In this document: piece by piece, positions 1 to 11,865 of the stretch
Numbering within the stretch: the first letter of the stretch is position 1
Layout of the letters: every line of letters begins with the position of its first letter
Source: Phoronis australis
Taxonomy: Eukaryota; Animalia; Phoronida
Length of the DNA stretch: 64,000 nucleotides
Reading direction: 5' to 3'
Assembly (NCBI GenBank): GCA_002633005.1
Contig: NMRA01000106.1
Location: 539,655 to 603,654 of the forward strand
The notes under the pieces: model-generated
Seen by the model: the letters and a program-made list of their open reading frames with translations, nothing else
Database searches by the model: none
Told to the model about the DNA's origin: nothing
Program-made: the position numbers and the translations under genes

Positions 1-808
1 TTGAAATTGGAGTTGATTTCAGGAACTCAAAGAAGTGGCAGCTCATTCAGCTCATTAAGTTCTTCAAAACAACTTAATGTTCTTCAGATCATGCTTTTGC
101 ACTATATCTTTAAAGTTATAACTTTAGTAGTAACATGGTTTGGCCTTTCATTCTAATTCTTTTATCAGGTTGTCTCATTCATATTTCATTTTCTGCACAA
201 ACACGTGTGTGGTATAATGTCATCCTGTCTGTCTGTTACCGGTATTTACTGTTGTATCTGCTAAACCAGATGCATGTGCAATCTCAATGACATTTGGCAG
301 ATATGTTCCTATAAAGTAAAAGAAGTAGCTTGTAACCATTGAGAATGGAACTAAAAGAGGTTACCTGACTGTATATACTTGCATTACATACGAGTTCAAG
401 CTTAAAAATTCAAACAGGTCCCATTTATACTACACTTTAAAAATTTAGACAATGTGCAGTGCATGTGCATATCATCGTGAACTCACAAAAATGATACCTT
501 TTTCCAAATTAACAACAAATCACTTGTCGTTTGTGGCAGACTGGTATAAGAGGTCATGGACTGAATTTAGATGGGACTGTTGCCAACAGCGATTTTTTTC
601 GTTTAAGTTAGCCACCTGAAATTGGTCCAAATTTGTCTATTGGCAAATCTTAGCCTTTACGCTTATCTCTGTGTCGTCTAAGTTGAAATTAGGCAAATAT
701 GATTGTGTTTTTCAGACCTCAACGCCTTTCCATTTTAGTGCGTGTACATATTGTGCATCACCTTGTGCATGCGTATGTGTATTACATATTTCCACTGTTC
801 TTTTACAG

Positions 809-3164
809 GATGTCAAGATGACGGCAACTTGGCCAACTACAGGGTTCTCATTCCAACCTCAAAGATCTACGACACCGTTAAAAGAGTGCACGAGCAGTGC
901 CTTCATGCTGGCTACAAGAAGGTAAAAGAGATCATGGATAGGGACTTCACGGGTGTGCCGCGCACGTTCATCGAAGAATTCTGCAGAACATGCCCCACTT
1001 GTGAAAAGAGTGAACCCCAGTCCTGCCGTCCACCTTTACGGCCTATCGTGGAGAACAGCCTGTGGTCCCGCATGCAAGTTGACCTGATCGACATGCAGCA
1101 TGCTCCTGACGGCAAGTACAATTTCATCTGCCATGTTGTTGACCACTTCTCTAAATTTCATATTCTATTTCCTTTAGAGTCCAAGACTGCACATGAAGTT
1201 GCCAGGATGCTTGAGGAAAGGGTGTTCTCGTACCTTGGACTTCCGACAGTGATACATTCAGACAATGGGAGGGAATTCAAGAATGCGTTGCTGAAGGACC
1301 TAACACAGCAGTGGGGCAACACCACCTTTGTGAATAGGCGACCATGTCATTCGCAGTCGCAAGGTTGTGTTGAAGTGGGGAACAAGACCGTAGTGCAAAA
1401 GCTTGCAAAGGTGATGGCAGAACATGGCGCAGCACCATTCTCATGGGCGTCATGGCTTGGTCGAGTGATGTATGCCATGAACAATCAGGTTTGTGAGACT
1501 ACGAAAAAGTCACCTTTCGAGGTAATGTATGGTAAGAAAAACAGAAACCCCGTTCCGTCTTTTGGAGGTGTGATTAATGAACAAGACCTTCATAACCCTA
1601 CTGACAATTCTTGCGATACTGACACCGAGTTACCAGACCTGACTGATGAACCTGCTACATCATCGACAACTCTCACCAAAAGCGAGACACCGGACATCTG
1701 CTCTACTCCTACTTCACCACTAGCTCCCCTGAGCAGTCATCCAGTTCAACTCCTAGGTCTCTTAATAGTAACAGTAATAGTGATAGTAATAATAATAATG
1801 GTAGTACTTCTCAGTTAATTTCAGGTGTGGCGGATGCAGATTGTGGCACAACAACTCAACCTGAATCCTTGTCGCCTACGAGAGCAGAAGTAAAGCGTGA
1901 AGCTCATGTTGCAACTGTGAGGAATGCGTCAAGGATGAAAGATAGGTACAAGAAGAAGTTCGGTAACAACATCTGCGAATTTCGTGTAGGAGACAACGTA
2001 ACTGTTGGAATCCCAAAGGCTGACAGGACAACTTGTGAAATGAGGCGTCTTCCAGCCAAGATCTACAAGGTCAGTGGTAATGTCGATGTCTGATATGGGT
2101 TGGTTACTCCATTTGGTATTGTCAAAGGATGCTTCCGAGCAGGTGACTTGGCACAGTACTTTGGAGAAATAAATCCAAATATGGACAATACAGTGACACT
2201 GAGGGAAGCTGCACGCTTAGCTAACCCTAACACTTCTTTTCTTAACAAGAAGTGCAAGTGCTCAGGCTTCTGTACCACTAAAACCTGTCGCTGTCTCAAG
2301 AACGGTGTACCCTGCAGTACACATTGCCATCCTTCCCACACGTGTAAGAACCCCAATGCTTGTGCCTCATCTGGACCCAAAGCAGTCTCCGCTTCACCTA
2401 AGTTCTGCACTGACTCCGATATTGCTGAAATAAAAAGGCACGACTCATGGTTAAGTGACATCCACATCCAGGCTGCGTCGTCTCTGATTCGTCACACATA
2501 TCCAGACATTGGCGGTCTGACCAACCCTGTCCTACATGTACAACAGAATCTGTCTTGGCCAATTCCAACAGGTGAGTTCATCCAGATCTTGCATGTGCGT
2601 GATCATTGGATAACAATTTCTAATGTAGGTCTTGGGGCAGGCGAAGTTAACATCTAAGATAGCCTGTGAAAGACGCCGATCATCAGAGACCTGGTACCTA
2701 TTTGCGACCTCCTTCGCTCTAACAACAAGACCATCAAGTACCACGTAAAGAACGTGTCTCGTCAGATGGATGGCAGCAGCTGTGGTCCAAATGCAATTGC
2801 ACTTGCGACCTCTCTCGCTGCTGGTGAAGACCACGTCCATCTTCAGTATGATCAAAAGAGCTTGCGTGGACATCTTGCGACTTGTCTGAAAACAGGTAAG
2901 CTGACACCATTTCCTGGTATGGCCAAAATGCGCCATCGGGTCACACTGTCATCTGACACAGTACCAGTATATTGTGTGTGTCGCTTACCTGATCAGAAGA
3001 AACCAATGATAGAGTGCACCGACTGTGAAAAGTGGTTCCATGACGATTGTTTGCAATTCATTAAGAACGTCCCAGAAGATCAATGGAAGACGTGGGTCTG
3101 CAAGTCATGTGAACAGTCTCTGAAGCATTCGAGGAAGAAAAGGAGAGTTCATTTGGAGTCATAA
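809..3164 (+). pseudogene. Disrupted Ginger-type (KRBA2/SCAND3-like) DDE integrase/transposase: H2C2 Zn finger + rve core + SH3-like + Cys-rich (CXC-like) + Ulp1-like protease + PHD finger
   Basis: Acceptor ttttacag|G at 808/809. H2C2 motif HEQCLH...CRTCPTC. DDE core QVDLIDM / HSDNGREF / SQGCVE. One frameshift near 1750, after which ORFs 1827, 2100 and 2754 share one frame separated by stops at 2091, 2655 and 2667. CKCSGFCTTKTCRCLKNGVPCSTHCH Cys cluster, Ulp1 motifs HW / (Y)DSL / Q..CG, PHD VYCVC..MIECTDCEKWFHDDC..WVCKSC. Confidence 0.85.
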
Positions 3165-3788
3165 GTTATGGGTATTAATGAGAGAAGTATGATGTTACTA
3201 TAAGCTCTATACCAGGCGTAACTAATAGTAATATGCTCGTCTAGGTTATCACCCGAAAGCAAAAACCATTGTTTTAGCTGATATCAGTACAATTTGTCCT
3301 TACTTAAATGTGTCAAAATACTGCTGTCTTTCACACTGCCACTTTTACATAAACTGTTTCTCTTTTTTGACTAATTACTTGGCGTTTTATGTAAAGTTGG
3401 TAGAAAATACGTGGAAACTTAAGAGCATATTTTAGCATGGTCTTTTTATATATAGCAATATTAAAATTCGTCGAAAATGTTCTGGTAGAAGCTAAATTTT
3501 AAAAATTATTTGCCTTGCACTCCTGCAACTTGTAATAGCTGCCGTTTTGAATTTAGACTCGGTCAATCTCGCACAAAGATTGAGGATTCAATAGCAACAC
3601 GACGTTGTGGATGTCCGTTTTATATTAAAACTATGAAAGGAAATCTCCATTTTATGAAAACATAGCGAATTATAAAGTTTTGTAGTCAATTTATCGTTTT
3701 AAAGTATTATTCCAATACGGGCCGCCTGTATTTGGAATTCCAATATGGGAACGGTCCATATTGGAAGATTCCAATACGGGCCGGAACA
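809..3788 (+). mobile_element. Ginger-superfamily DNA transposon, right part with putative right TIR; left end not located (probably upstream of the window)
   Basis: Integrase ORF remnant followed at ~3705-3788 by a terminus built of repeated CCAATA(C/T)GG boxes and ending ...GGGCCGGAACA (TGT...ACA type end). No RT, RNase H or LTR seen. Confidence 0.65.
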
Positions 3789-4339
3789 GAGACGCTGTCG
3801 CTGGCTGGATGGCAACAGCGTTATTGACTTCTAGGGTGTGAAGCTGGCTTAATGGTAACAGCTTACATGTTGTTCCTGGTTGTTTGACTCGCATGAAGCT
3901 GGCTTAATGGGAACAGCTGTCATGCTAGTACTGCCCCGTCGGGACAGTTACCAGTAGAGCAGGACTCGAACCCTTGGTGCTCGTGGTACATGCTTGTCAC
4001 TAGAATTAGGTTGTCTTTATTTATACTGCCCCGTTGGGACAGTTACCAGTTGAGCAGGGCCAGAACACTTAGGTACTCCTGGAATAGGCTTGTTACAGAA
4101 ATGCGGCTTGGTGTGGCTTTGCGGAGTGACTGCAGCCTGTCAGAGACAGTCTGCATTCTGGCGAGCTCCTGAAGTGTTTAGGTTTGAGAATATTTGGGCT
4201 GACCGAGAGCAATTCTCAGCGCCCAGTTCTGTACTCTCTGGAGTTTTTCGATTGTGGAAGGGGCACAGGTTGAAATGTCGATCGCATTGTATTCGAAAAG
4301 GGGCCTGATGAATATTTTGTAGATCAGTAGTACGCAGTC

Positions 4340-4440
4340 GCTCCTAGCGCCCCACTGATGATGGTCCCCAATACACTATAATATATATAATACTACATAA
4401 ATAGCGTATTGGAAACCATCAGAAGCTGAGGACGCCTGTG
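4340..4440. repeat. Short palindromic MITE-like repeat; second copy at ~34343-34410
   Basis: Shares gtattgg(a/g)aa..atcagaagctgag(g/a)acgcct with the 34.4 kb copy, where caggcgtcctcagcttctgat / atcagaagctgagaacgcct form an inverted pair. Confidence 0.55.
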
Positions 4441-4473
4441 GGTTTGGTGACAAGGATACTGCCATACTGAGCA

Positions 4474-4629
4474 CTGGTGTGCGTTCAGTAACGCTAGAAC
4501 CTACCCTAGGACGTAGCTAAAATCTAGCCAAACCCACATGTTCTCATTTAAAATACATGGCAATATCTCACGTAATCCCTCAAAGTCTTGCTTTATAGTG
4601 GAGTCCTAGTGTTACTGAACGGGAGGCTG
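4474..4629. mobile_element. ~155-bp MITE, family M1, copy 1
   Basis: Inverted ends cgttcagtaacgctag / ctag(t/c)gttactgaacg; closely similar copies at 48968, 61035 and 61575. Confidence 0.8.
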
Positions 4630-5001
4630 GTCAGTTCAAATCCTCGGCACATTGTTTATCCTTTGTTTAAGTGTAAAAACATTTTTAAAAAATATTTAAA
4701 GCTTTATAACATCTGTTATTTTATGTAACCTGGTAATGAACCAGCCAACCGGTTGTATGAGGACTAGACAAGAAACCCGTCTGAAAATAAGTATAATGCC
4801 TAATGGCCAAAAAACAATCTAGTATGCCTTGATAGACAGTGACCATCTCAACTTGCCTCAGTAGAAACTGTAGGCTTCCCATATGCCCTCCATATGTCGG
4901 AAGCCTTGTGGTGAATTATGCCTCACTCTGATTAAACTGTCATAATAAGTGTTGCTCGTAGTACCTTTTGCTCAGACAGTGTCACTGACCATCTCAACTA
5001 G

Positions 5002-5530
5002 CAGCAGAGATGGTGGCCATCCCATATGCCCTCCATACCCCGGAAGCTTTTCGACGAATTATGCCTCACATCATCAAAGTCACGTTGCTATTAGTACCTA
5101 TTGCACATAGAGGGACACCGTAGGAAGCCGTTGATGTCTTTAATTCCTTCAAACAAATACTCCCGTAATCAATTTTTGTATTCGAGTAGTCCTTCGTTCT
5201 GCTGCCCAAATTGGAAACTTGCCATTTTTACTCTGCTCACACCATGCGTTGTGACGTCATATCTCCTGGGGCGAGCTTTGTAAAAATGGTCAGTTGCCGA
5301 TTTAGATAATGGAGCGAAGCACTGCTCGAAAAAGACATTTGATTGCGGGAGTACTTGTTCGAGGTGGGAAGAGTTTAAGACACCAACAAGTTCCTGAGGT
5401 GTACCTCTACTGAGTATGTGCAAAAGGCAGCTATAGTAACGTAACGTTATCGTCTAATCAGTGTGAGGCATAATTCATCGAAAAGCTTCCAGCGTATGGA
5501 GGCCCTATGAAATGGCCAGCATCTCTGCTG
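5002..5530. mobile_element. MITE with ~70-bp terminal inverted repeats; a degenerate extra copy of the left TIR lies at ~4835-4930
   Basis: cagcagagatggtggccat...gaagcttttcgacgaattatgcctcaca (5002-5069) is the reverse complement, with few mismatches, of 5462-5530. Confidence 0.7.
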
Positions 5531-6565
5531 TAATTTTGGCTAGATTTTTCTAGCCGCGAGACAGCTAGTGATCTCTACCCTGGTTGTGGTCTATGGAAAC
5601 ATATTTTTGTGTAAATGACAAAAAGGACTGCACCCAGTGTTTGCATTCACTTACATAGTGCAAATGTAATGACTAATAAATTTGGTGTTGGATATAGTCC
5701 CTGTCCGGTCACTGTGTTTTTCAGAAATGAATGTATGCCGATTTTAAATCATGTACTCGTAATTACTATATCGATTGCCAACCCCTGGTCTATTCCCTTT
5801 CTAGACAACACGCAGCACCTCGGCTGGCTGGCCAATTAGTTTCTGTAACAGATCTCATCCCATGTATTTTAAATGGGCAGTAGCCTGATTCCAGTCACTG
5901 AATGAACGGTTTTCACCTCGACAAAAATTAACATTGTCACTTAAAAACTGCTACTTTCTTCGGGCATGTCTACAGAAATTAAGATGACTTTGGCGAAGAA
6001 CATTTTTTGGTTGTCAACTTTTCATGGCATTAACCATAAATATTTCAACTGATGTCACACGAGTTAGGCCACAACAAGAGACTGAGCTGAGCACGTGACC
6101 TGGTAGCTGACAATTGCAAAAATTAGCATAGGAGGATATCCGCAGGAAGATTTGTATCCCTTGGACTATTTGTTCATGAACTGGAATGATTTCGCGTGAC
6201 TTCCCCATATTGCACCTGGATCAGAAGGTGGAGTGAAGCTCAAAAAATTTTCATGGATTTGTTCAAATTACGGTGACTAAATTGTTTTAAGAATAATGGT
6301 ATGTGTTAATTTTAACTCACTGTGCATGATGTAATTTTCATTTCATGGTATTTGCTGTATCTTGAAATGAGTAAATTTTCAGTTTTTATTGAGGTATGCG
6401 GCATTCACAATTGCTATTATGGCCTGCATGTGCTCTTACTAGCATTGTTTCGTAATTTAAAGAAATTTGCTCTTAAGCTCCTGTATAGTGCTCTTAACTT
6501 TCAAGAGTTTTATTTTGTTATTATTTTTTAGTGTACTATTGGCTGTTCACAGGTAATCGTGAATA

Positions 6566-6739
6566 ATGACAACCGAAGTCGGAGAGTCCAATTATGATGT
6601 TGCTAACACAGTGGTTGATGGTGGTGGCTGTGAGTCTGGTGATACTTCAGCACCAGACAGTCATCAGGATGATGAGCCGGGCTGGTCCCATGTGGAGGCT
6701 ATGACCATGGTGGAGGCTGGTCTGGAAGAATTGATCAAG
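6566..6739 (+). CDS. SNRNP25: SNRNP25 coding exon 1
   Basis: ATG at 6566, acidic N-terminus ending ..LEELIK|gtatac. Acceptor-like ttcacag at 6552 suggests an upstream 5'UTR exon. Confidence 0.8.
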
Positions 6740-9700
6740 GTATACTAGTACACTTTTTGTGTTGGCATGGTGGTCACAATTTGTTGTTTTTGTCTCTGAT
6801 CTCATTAATAGAGTCCATTTACATTCATACTACAGTGTGAGCATGCAAGATTTAGACAGTGTTCTTCACAACTCTCATCGTGTTTAGTTTCAATTTTGTG
6901 ATGAGTTTGGCTTATCTGCATTGAGCATGAAAACCTGTGCAGTGAGAATGAAGTCTTGGGAGATTACACATTTCTTTAATAAGCAAATTAGGATATTGTG
7001 GAGTTTTGGTACCAGTTTAATACATTTATTTCAAGACTTGACACACAAACTCTCCTTAGTATGTACATAGATTTTCGAACACCTACATGAACTTTCTAAT
7101 TCCAGTCGAGCTTGAATTTTTTGTTGTGGAAAACACAGACAACGCGAGTACATTGGGATGCTTGTTTATTTTGGTTCTGTATACTCAGGCGAGAGCATCT
7201 GCTTATAAGAATGTCTTGACTGCTGGATGGGTGAACGCAATTTTTGTTGACGTGTGTTTGGACGCAACCATCAACATGGAAAATATGTGTGGATATTTTA
7301 CATTTGACCAGTGCTGGATCTTTGAATAAGCTAATACAACACAAGCACCAGTAAGCAACATGGCAAGGCCCTGCTGTCTTACAGCCATAGGGCTTGTACT
7401 ATTTGAGGTAGAATTACATGATGGCTTTATGAAATTTCAGAATGATCCTCTGTTGTGTGATCTACCAGGGGAGATAACTGTGGAGGAGGTCAAGTCTCAG
7501 ATAGCGCTAGAATACGGACAGTCTATCACAGTTTACGTGAAGAGAGCTGATGGAGAAATATTGCGTGAGTAATGCAGATCGTGGATGATCTGAAAATGCT
7601 GCCCTCTACCAACATTACTGCACATGTTGATTTCACTCTTACCAGTGTGGTTGACATTTTACAAGTGACGGTTAATACTTTCAGCGTTCATTGTGCTACT
7701 GGACACATTTTCTCATTTAGTAAAAGCTCAGTGCCCTCATTTGAGCACTGCTCAAAGTTCTTCTTGGTTTCGGTTATTTGGGACCTTATTTACAACTTTA
7801 TAGGCAGGCAGGTATTAAAATTTAGCTCTGTATGAAAGTAGAAAGCTGGACATCATTACTTGGATCACTTGGCCATGTCTTTTTAGTAAATTAAACAAAA
7901 AGGAAAGGTAGATTTTCATAGCCAAACAATGCTATCAATACATTGACCAAATTTCATGTGATGTAAATCTTTAAGATCAATTCTCAAATGCGCTTTTACC
8001 TTAATTTCTAAAGTGTCATTTCATTTTATGTGAAAATATTGAGTTTTTGGAGAGCAGTGCACAAAGCATGGTGGAATGTGAAAGTTACATTGTGAATCTG
8101 ACAAGGCTTGGAATTTTCCGCAGAAACGCGGATTACCGGTTTTTTCTTTTATTCCCTTCGCGTATTTTCGTTATACTTCCACGGAAAAATCGGCTTTGCC
8201 ATAAAAGTATTGAGGCAAATTGGTTTTTCACCGTGGCGTTGCTGTCGACTCGAAAAGTGGAAACTGCACTTTATGTTTCGGAGGAACAAAAATTGCAGAT
8301 CACTGGCGCTCGAATTTCCCGATGGCTCGTAACCATTATAAAAAACATGTTTTCTTAGTAGTGAGTGACATCATTCAGAGGCAATCGAGTAACAGATAAA
8401 TTTAAGCGCCTGTGCCTGGGATAGCGTGGTTCATCAATGGTGTCTGCATTTGGTATAAAATCGCGGCGACAAATAGTGCGATTCTGCAGTCAAAAATGCG
8501 TGGACCATGGAGTAGACAGACTATTTCGTGGAAAAAGTGGATAAAAGAAATGGTCAATGTCTTCACAAACCAAGGTTTATGCTCTGTAAACTTTGAGAGA
8601 GGAAAAATTATGGAGTGCGTGGGCAAGTCGCCTTGGACTAAGTTGGAGTCAGAGGACGGACTGAAAACGATGAAACACTAGAATTAACAACGCTTCCTGA
8701 AAAGAAATTCAACCGTAACCGGTTATTCGTTGGATTGGAATTGTGGAATGTGAATGATGCATGAAATTCTTTTGTTTGATCCCACATGCACGCCCGCTGT
8801 CGTTGGCCACTAAGCTAGGCCTGACTGCCTGAATGCGATTTCTTACGTGCCGCCGAAATGGGATACAAATTGCTATTTTCGTTACTGCAATGCATTTTAA
8901 ATTGCCTTTTGTGTACTTCAATTTATTTTCAAATTGACATTTTTCATGTTCTATTTTGTGACTCGAGGTTTGCAGTTCGAGAGAAGTGATCACGTGACAG
9001 ATTCTGAATGATCTGATTGCTCTAAGCCATTGTTTATAAATTCTGCCAGAGACTATTTTCAGCATAGACATCACATAGTGTGATATCTATGATTTTCAGT
9101 GTCCTGGTAGTTAGTTCTTATGTCACATAGTTTCTTTACACCAGCATCGCTTATGAACAATTAACTCCGATAATTAGTATTTGAAACAGAATTTTTGCCA
9201 ACTTAGGATTGTGATTGATGCATTCTATAGTTTAAATTATGTTGTTTTTGACTTTCATTTTTTCCATGCCCAAGATTTGGGATATGAGCCACAAGTTTTC
9301 GTCTTGACTTTTTTTCATTTGCGTTGGAATTAAATTTTTTGTTGGAATAAAATGTGTAACTATGTATGTCAGGCTTTCTTGATAATCTATGGATAGATTT
9401 TCATTTTTTTGTAATTTTGTATTGTAATTATAAGAATTGAAAATAATTTTATAGGTCTACCTGCAGCAAATCAAGAATAAGCTCCTGCCACTCAGATTGC
9501 AAATTTTTCATCATTATCTTTATTATTTTAATTTAAAAAAATATCTTTTGTTGCATCTAATTGCCTTCATTGTTAATGCCGAAATAGATGCCAGGTACTG
9601 CTTAAGATGAGTGCGTTTTGCCAACACGACACAGTAACTTTCGATCTGTTGAGGTATGGTTTAGATTGAAATGTGTATTTAGGGCGGTAAAAATTTCCTC

Positions 9701-11865
9701 TTTTTTGTCATGGGTCATTCCAAGCTCTGATCTGATGAACTATTTCGGAGATATGATGCTTCAAACTCATCCAAATTTGTACATGGATTGCAAGGTATAG
9801 TGATTTGAGCTGCAGAATATCACTTGTCAGGCTGGGGTTGGATATCTAGTTTTACTTTATAGATTATGACTATAGATTGCACTATTTTAATGGACTCTTA
9901 CTTTTCTGTACTCAATTTTAGCAAAAAATGTGTGAAATGATATTATGTCTAGTAAATGAATCAAGAGCCCACACAGAAAGCAACTAATCCAGTCTTAGAA
10001 CTAATGAGGTCATGAGGTCATGATCATAGTAACTACCCATTCCTCCTCTCTGTAGCAATTTAGATCTTTACTTAAATTCTATAACTCTTTTACAGCTATA
10101 GTAGTGGTTCAAGGTGCCACTGTGAGACAACTGAAGGATTCAATTAAACGACACTTAATATTACGTCAGCACAGAAAGGGAGGAACGAGGCATATTAGCT
10201 GGTATGTACTGCTAAGACTGCATTCAATGCACTGGTGCTATGGAGCATACACTAGTGACAGTTATGCCAGATTGTTGAATTATGGAAGTGAACAACACAA
10301 AAATCCTAGGGTATTGATATCACTGATGACTGCACGGGGCATTTTGAGGCACTTTTTGCAGTGGAGGCATCAAAGTAAACAATTTTATATTTCGTTTGAT
10401 GCGGGTATAAAATGTTTGTCAACCAATCATCAGTTAGTCAGTTGGAGGTGTAAAATCAAATATAGTGAGATGTTAAGTCAAATGCTGAACTTCCATAAGT
10501 TCCACTGCAGTGAGATATACCAGATTAAAATTCTTCATCATTACAGCACACAGTATGGTGGACATAAGTCTAATTTCATTAATCATTCGTCAATATATAC
10601 TTAATATGTGGCCACATATTGGCATCTTCTCCATCAGTCTGGCGTCTGCTATTGTATCTTCTTTATCTCTTTGTGTTCCTATGAAGCTGGATGATGGGTG
10701 AAAACGAGTTCTAAACGGATCTGTGATATTAAGTCTTTTGCTTGCCTCCTAATCTACAAGTCACCTACTGGATCCTTCAGAAAGCTTATACAGAATGTGT
10801 TCCCATCAAGGAGAATTTTCGGGCTAAGCCAACTACTGCTGTGCCCCCTAGCGCCAAAGAATTTTATTTGTTCACATACGGTATTTGGCACAACAGACCT
10901 CTCTGTGACTACTATTTAGAATTTCTTTGCATCCATCCATTTCTGTATGTCTCAATTTATTTGACGTCCCCTCACTATCTGTTTAATGGATGGTAAGATC
11001 TTGATGAAAGCTGGTGAATATTTTACTAGTAAAACGACACGCGACATAAAGTTCCTGGTTAATGATATGCTATTATTTTGTGTGAAAAGAGTCACTGTTA
11101 CTGATTAAGTGATGAGCTGTTGTCAGACCTGTGGGGTCCACAAGCCTGCTGGTAGCTAAGCTGGCCATAGGCACATTTTACTGTTCCAAAATTTTTCTGA
11201 TTCTGGACAAGTTTTTTTAAGTAATGTACAACCGTCTTGAAGAACACCTAGTAATTATTTTATTATTTGTCAAAAGTAGCGCTTTCAAATGGTAACTTTG
11301 ACCGACAGTTATTTCTCTGAAAGTAGCTTAATGGTTACCTCTGATGTGTGTTTTCTCTATACATCATTTTCCTTCAGGCTTGTCACATACCAAACACAGT
11401 TTGGCTCTATATATTACTCTTTGTTGTAGGCCCTACGTCTGGAGAACTTACTTCTTGTATTTTAATGGGCAGAAACTAAGTGACGATAAAAAACTACTTA
11501 AAGAGTAAGTAATCTAATCCTTAACTTTATAAATTTTACTAATTATTAGTAGGTCACATAATTAAATACCAACTTCAGAAAAATAGGAAAATTTTGGGCA
11601 ACATTATCTAAAGAAATACCAAGGATTTTAGTTTGAAATTCGAAAAGAGCACTTCTGTAAAAATTATTCAACAGTAGCAGAGAGGATGAAATAACCTGCT
11701 GGAACTTGCTTTGTATCATTTTACATTTTACACCAATCTTATTTTATGATAATCATTTTGATGTTCCCTGATAAATCCCTCATGCATTTCCATTTCCTGT
11801 TTTGCAGTTATGGTATTCGCAATAAGGATGAAGTAACGTTCATAAAGAGAGTACGAGAAAAATGA
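6566..11865 (+). CDS. SNRNP25: U11/U12 small nuclear ribonucleoprotein 25 kDa protein (ubiquitin-like fold), 5 coding exons, 178 aa
   Basis: Exons 6566-6739, 7441-7564, 10096-10201, 11430-11504, 11808-11865 (537 nt; all GT-AG; phases 0,1,2,2 consistent). Translation DPLLCDLPGEITVEEVKSQIALEYGQSITVYVKRADGE..VVVQGATVRQLK..HISWPYVWRTY..KLSDDKKLLKDYGIRNKDEVTFIKRVREK* matches the SNRNP25 sequence as I recall it. Confidence 0.95.
7441..7564 (+). CDS. SNRNP25: SNRNP25 coding exon 2
   Basis: tttcag|NDPLLCDLP...ADGEIL c|gtgagt. Confidence 0.95.
10096..10201 (+). CDS. SNRNP25: SNRNP25 coding exon 3
   Basis: ttttacag|(P)IVVVQGATV...RHIS tg|gtatgt. Confidence 0.95.
11430..11504 (+). CDS. SNRNP25: SNRNP25 coding exon 4
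   Basis: ttgttgtag|(W)PYVWRTYFLYFNGQKLSDDKKLLK ga|gtaagt. Confidence 0.95.
11808..11865 (+). CDS. SNRNP25: SNRNP25 coding exon 5
   Basis: ttttgcag|(D)YGIRNKDEVTFIKRVREK*. Confidence 0.95.

Noticed and set aside
1745-1818. Apparent transmembrane tail (LLIVTVIVIVIIIMVVLLS) on the integrase ORF
   Set aside because: It is the out-of-frame reading of an AGT/AAT repeat. The other frame (SNSNSDSNNNNGSTSQ..) runs straight into ORF 1827, so this is a frameshift artefact.
742-3164. Gypsy LTR retrotransposon pol or a domesticated KRBA2 gene
   Set aside because: No RT, RNase H or LTR in view; an intron acceptor and a TIR-like end are present; multiple stops argue against a functional host gene.
8050-9605. 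CpG-richer segment in SNRNP25 intron 2 as a TTAA-flanked transposon
   Set aside because: Candidate termini (~8402 and ~9605) match only weakly and no transposase motif is recognisable; left uncalled.
6740-11807. U12-type introns or a USSE-like feedback element in SNRNP25
   Set aside because: Donors are gtatac, gtgagt, gtatgt and gtaagt with no GTATCCTT. The one CCTTAAC (~11519) is next to a donor, not an acceptor. No tandem U12 5'-site pair seen.
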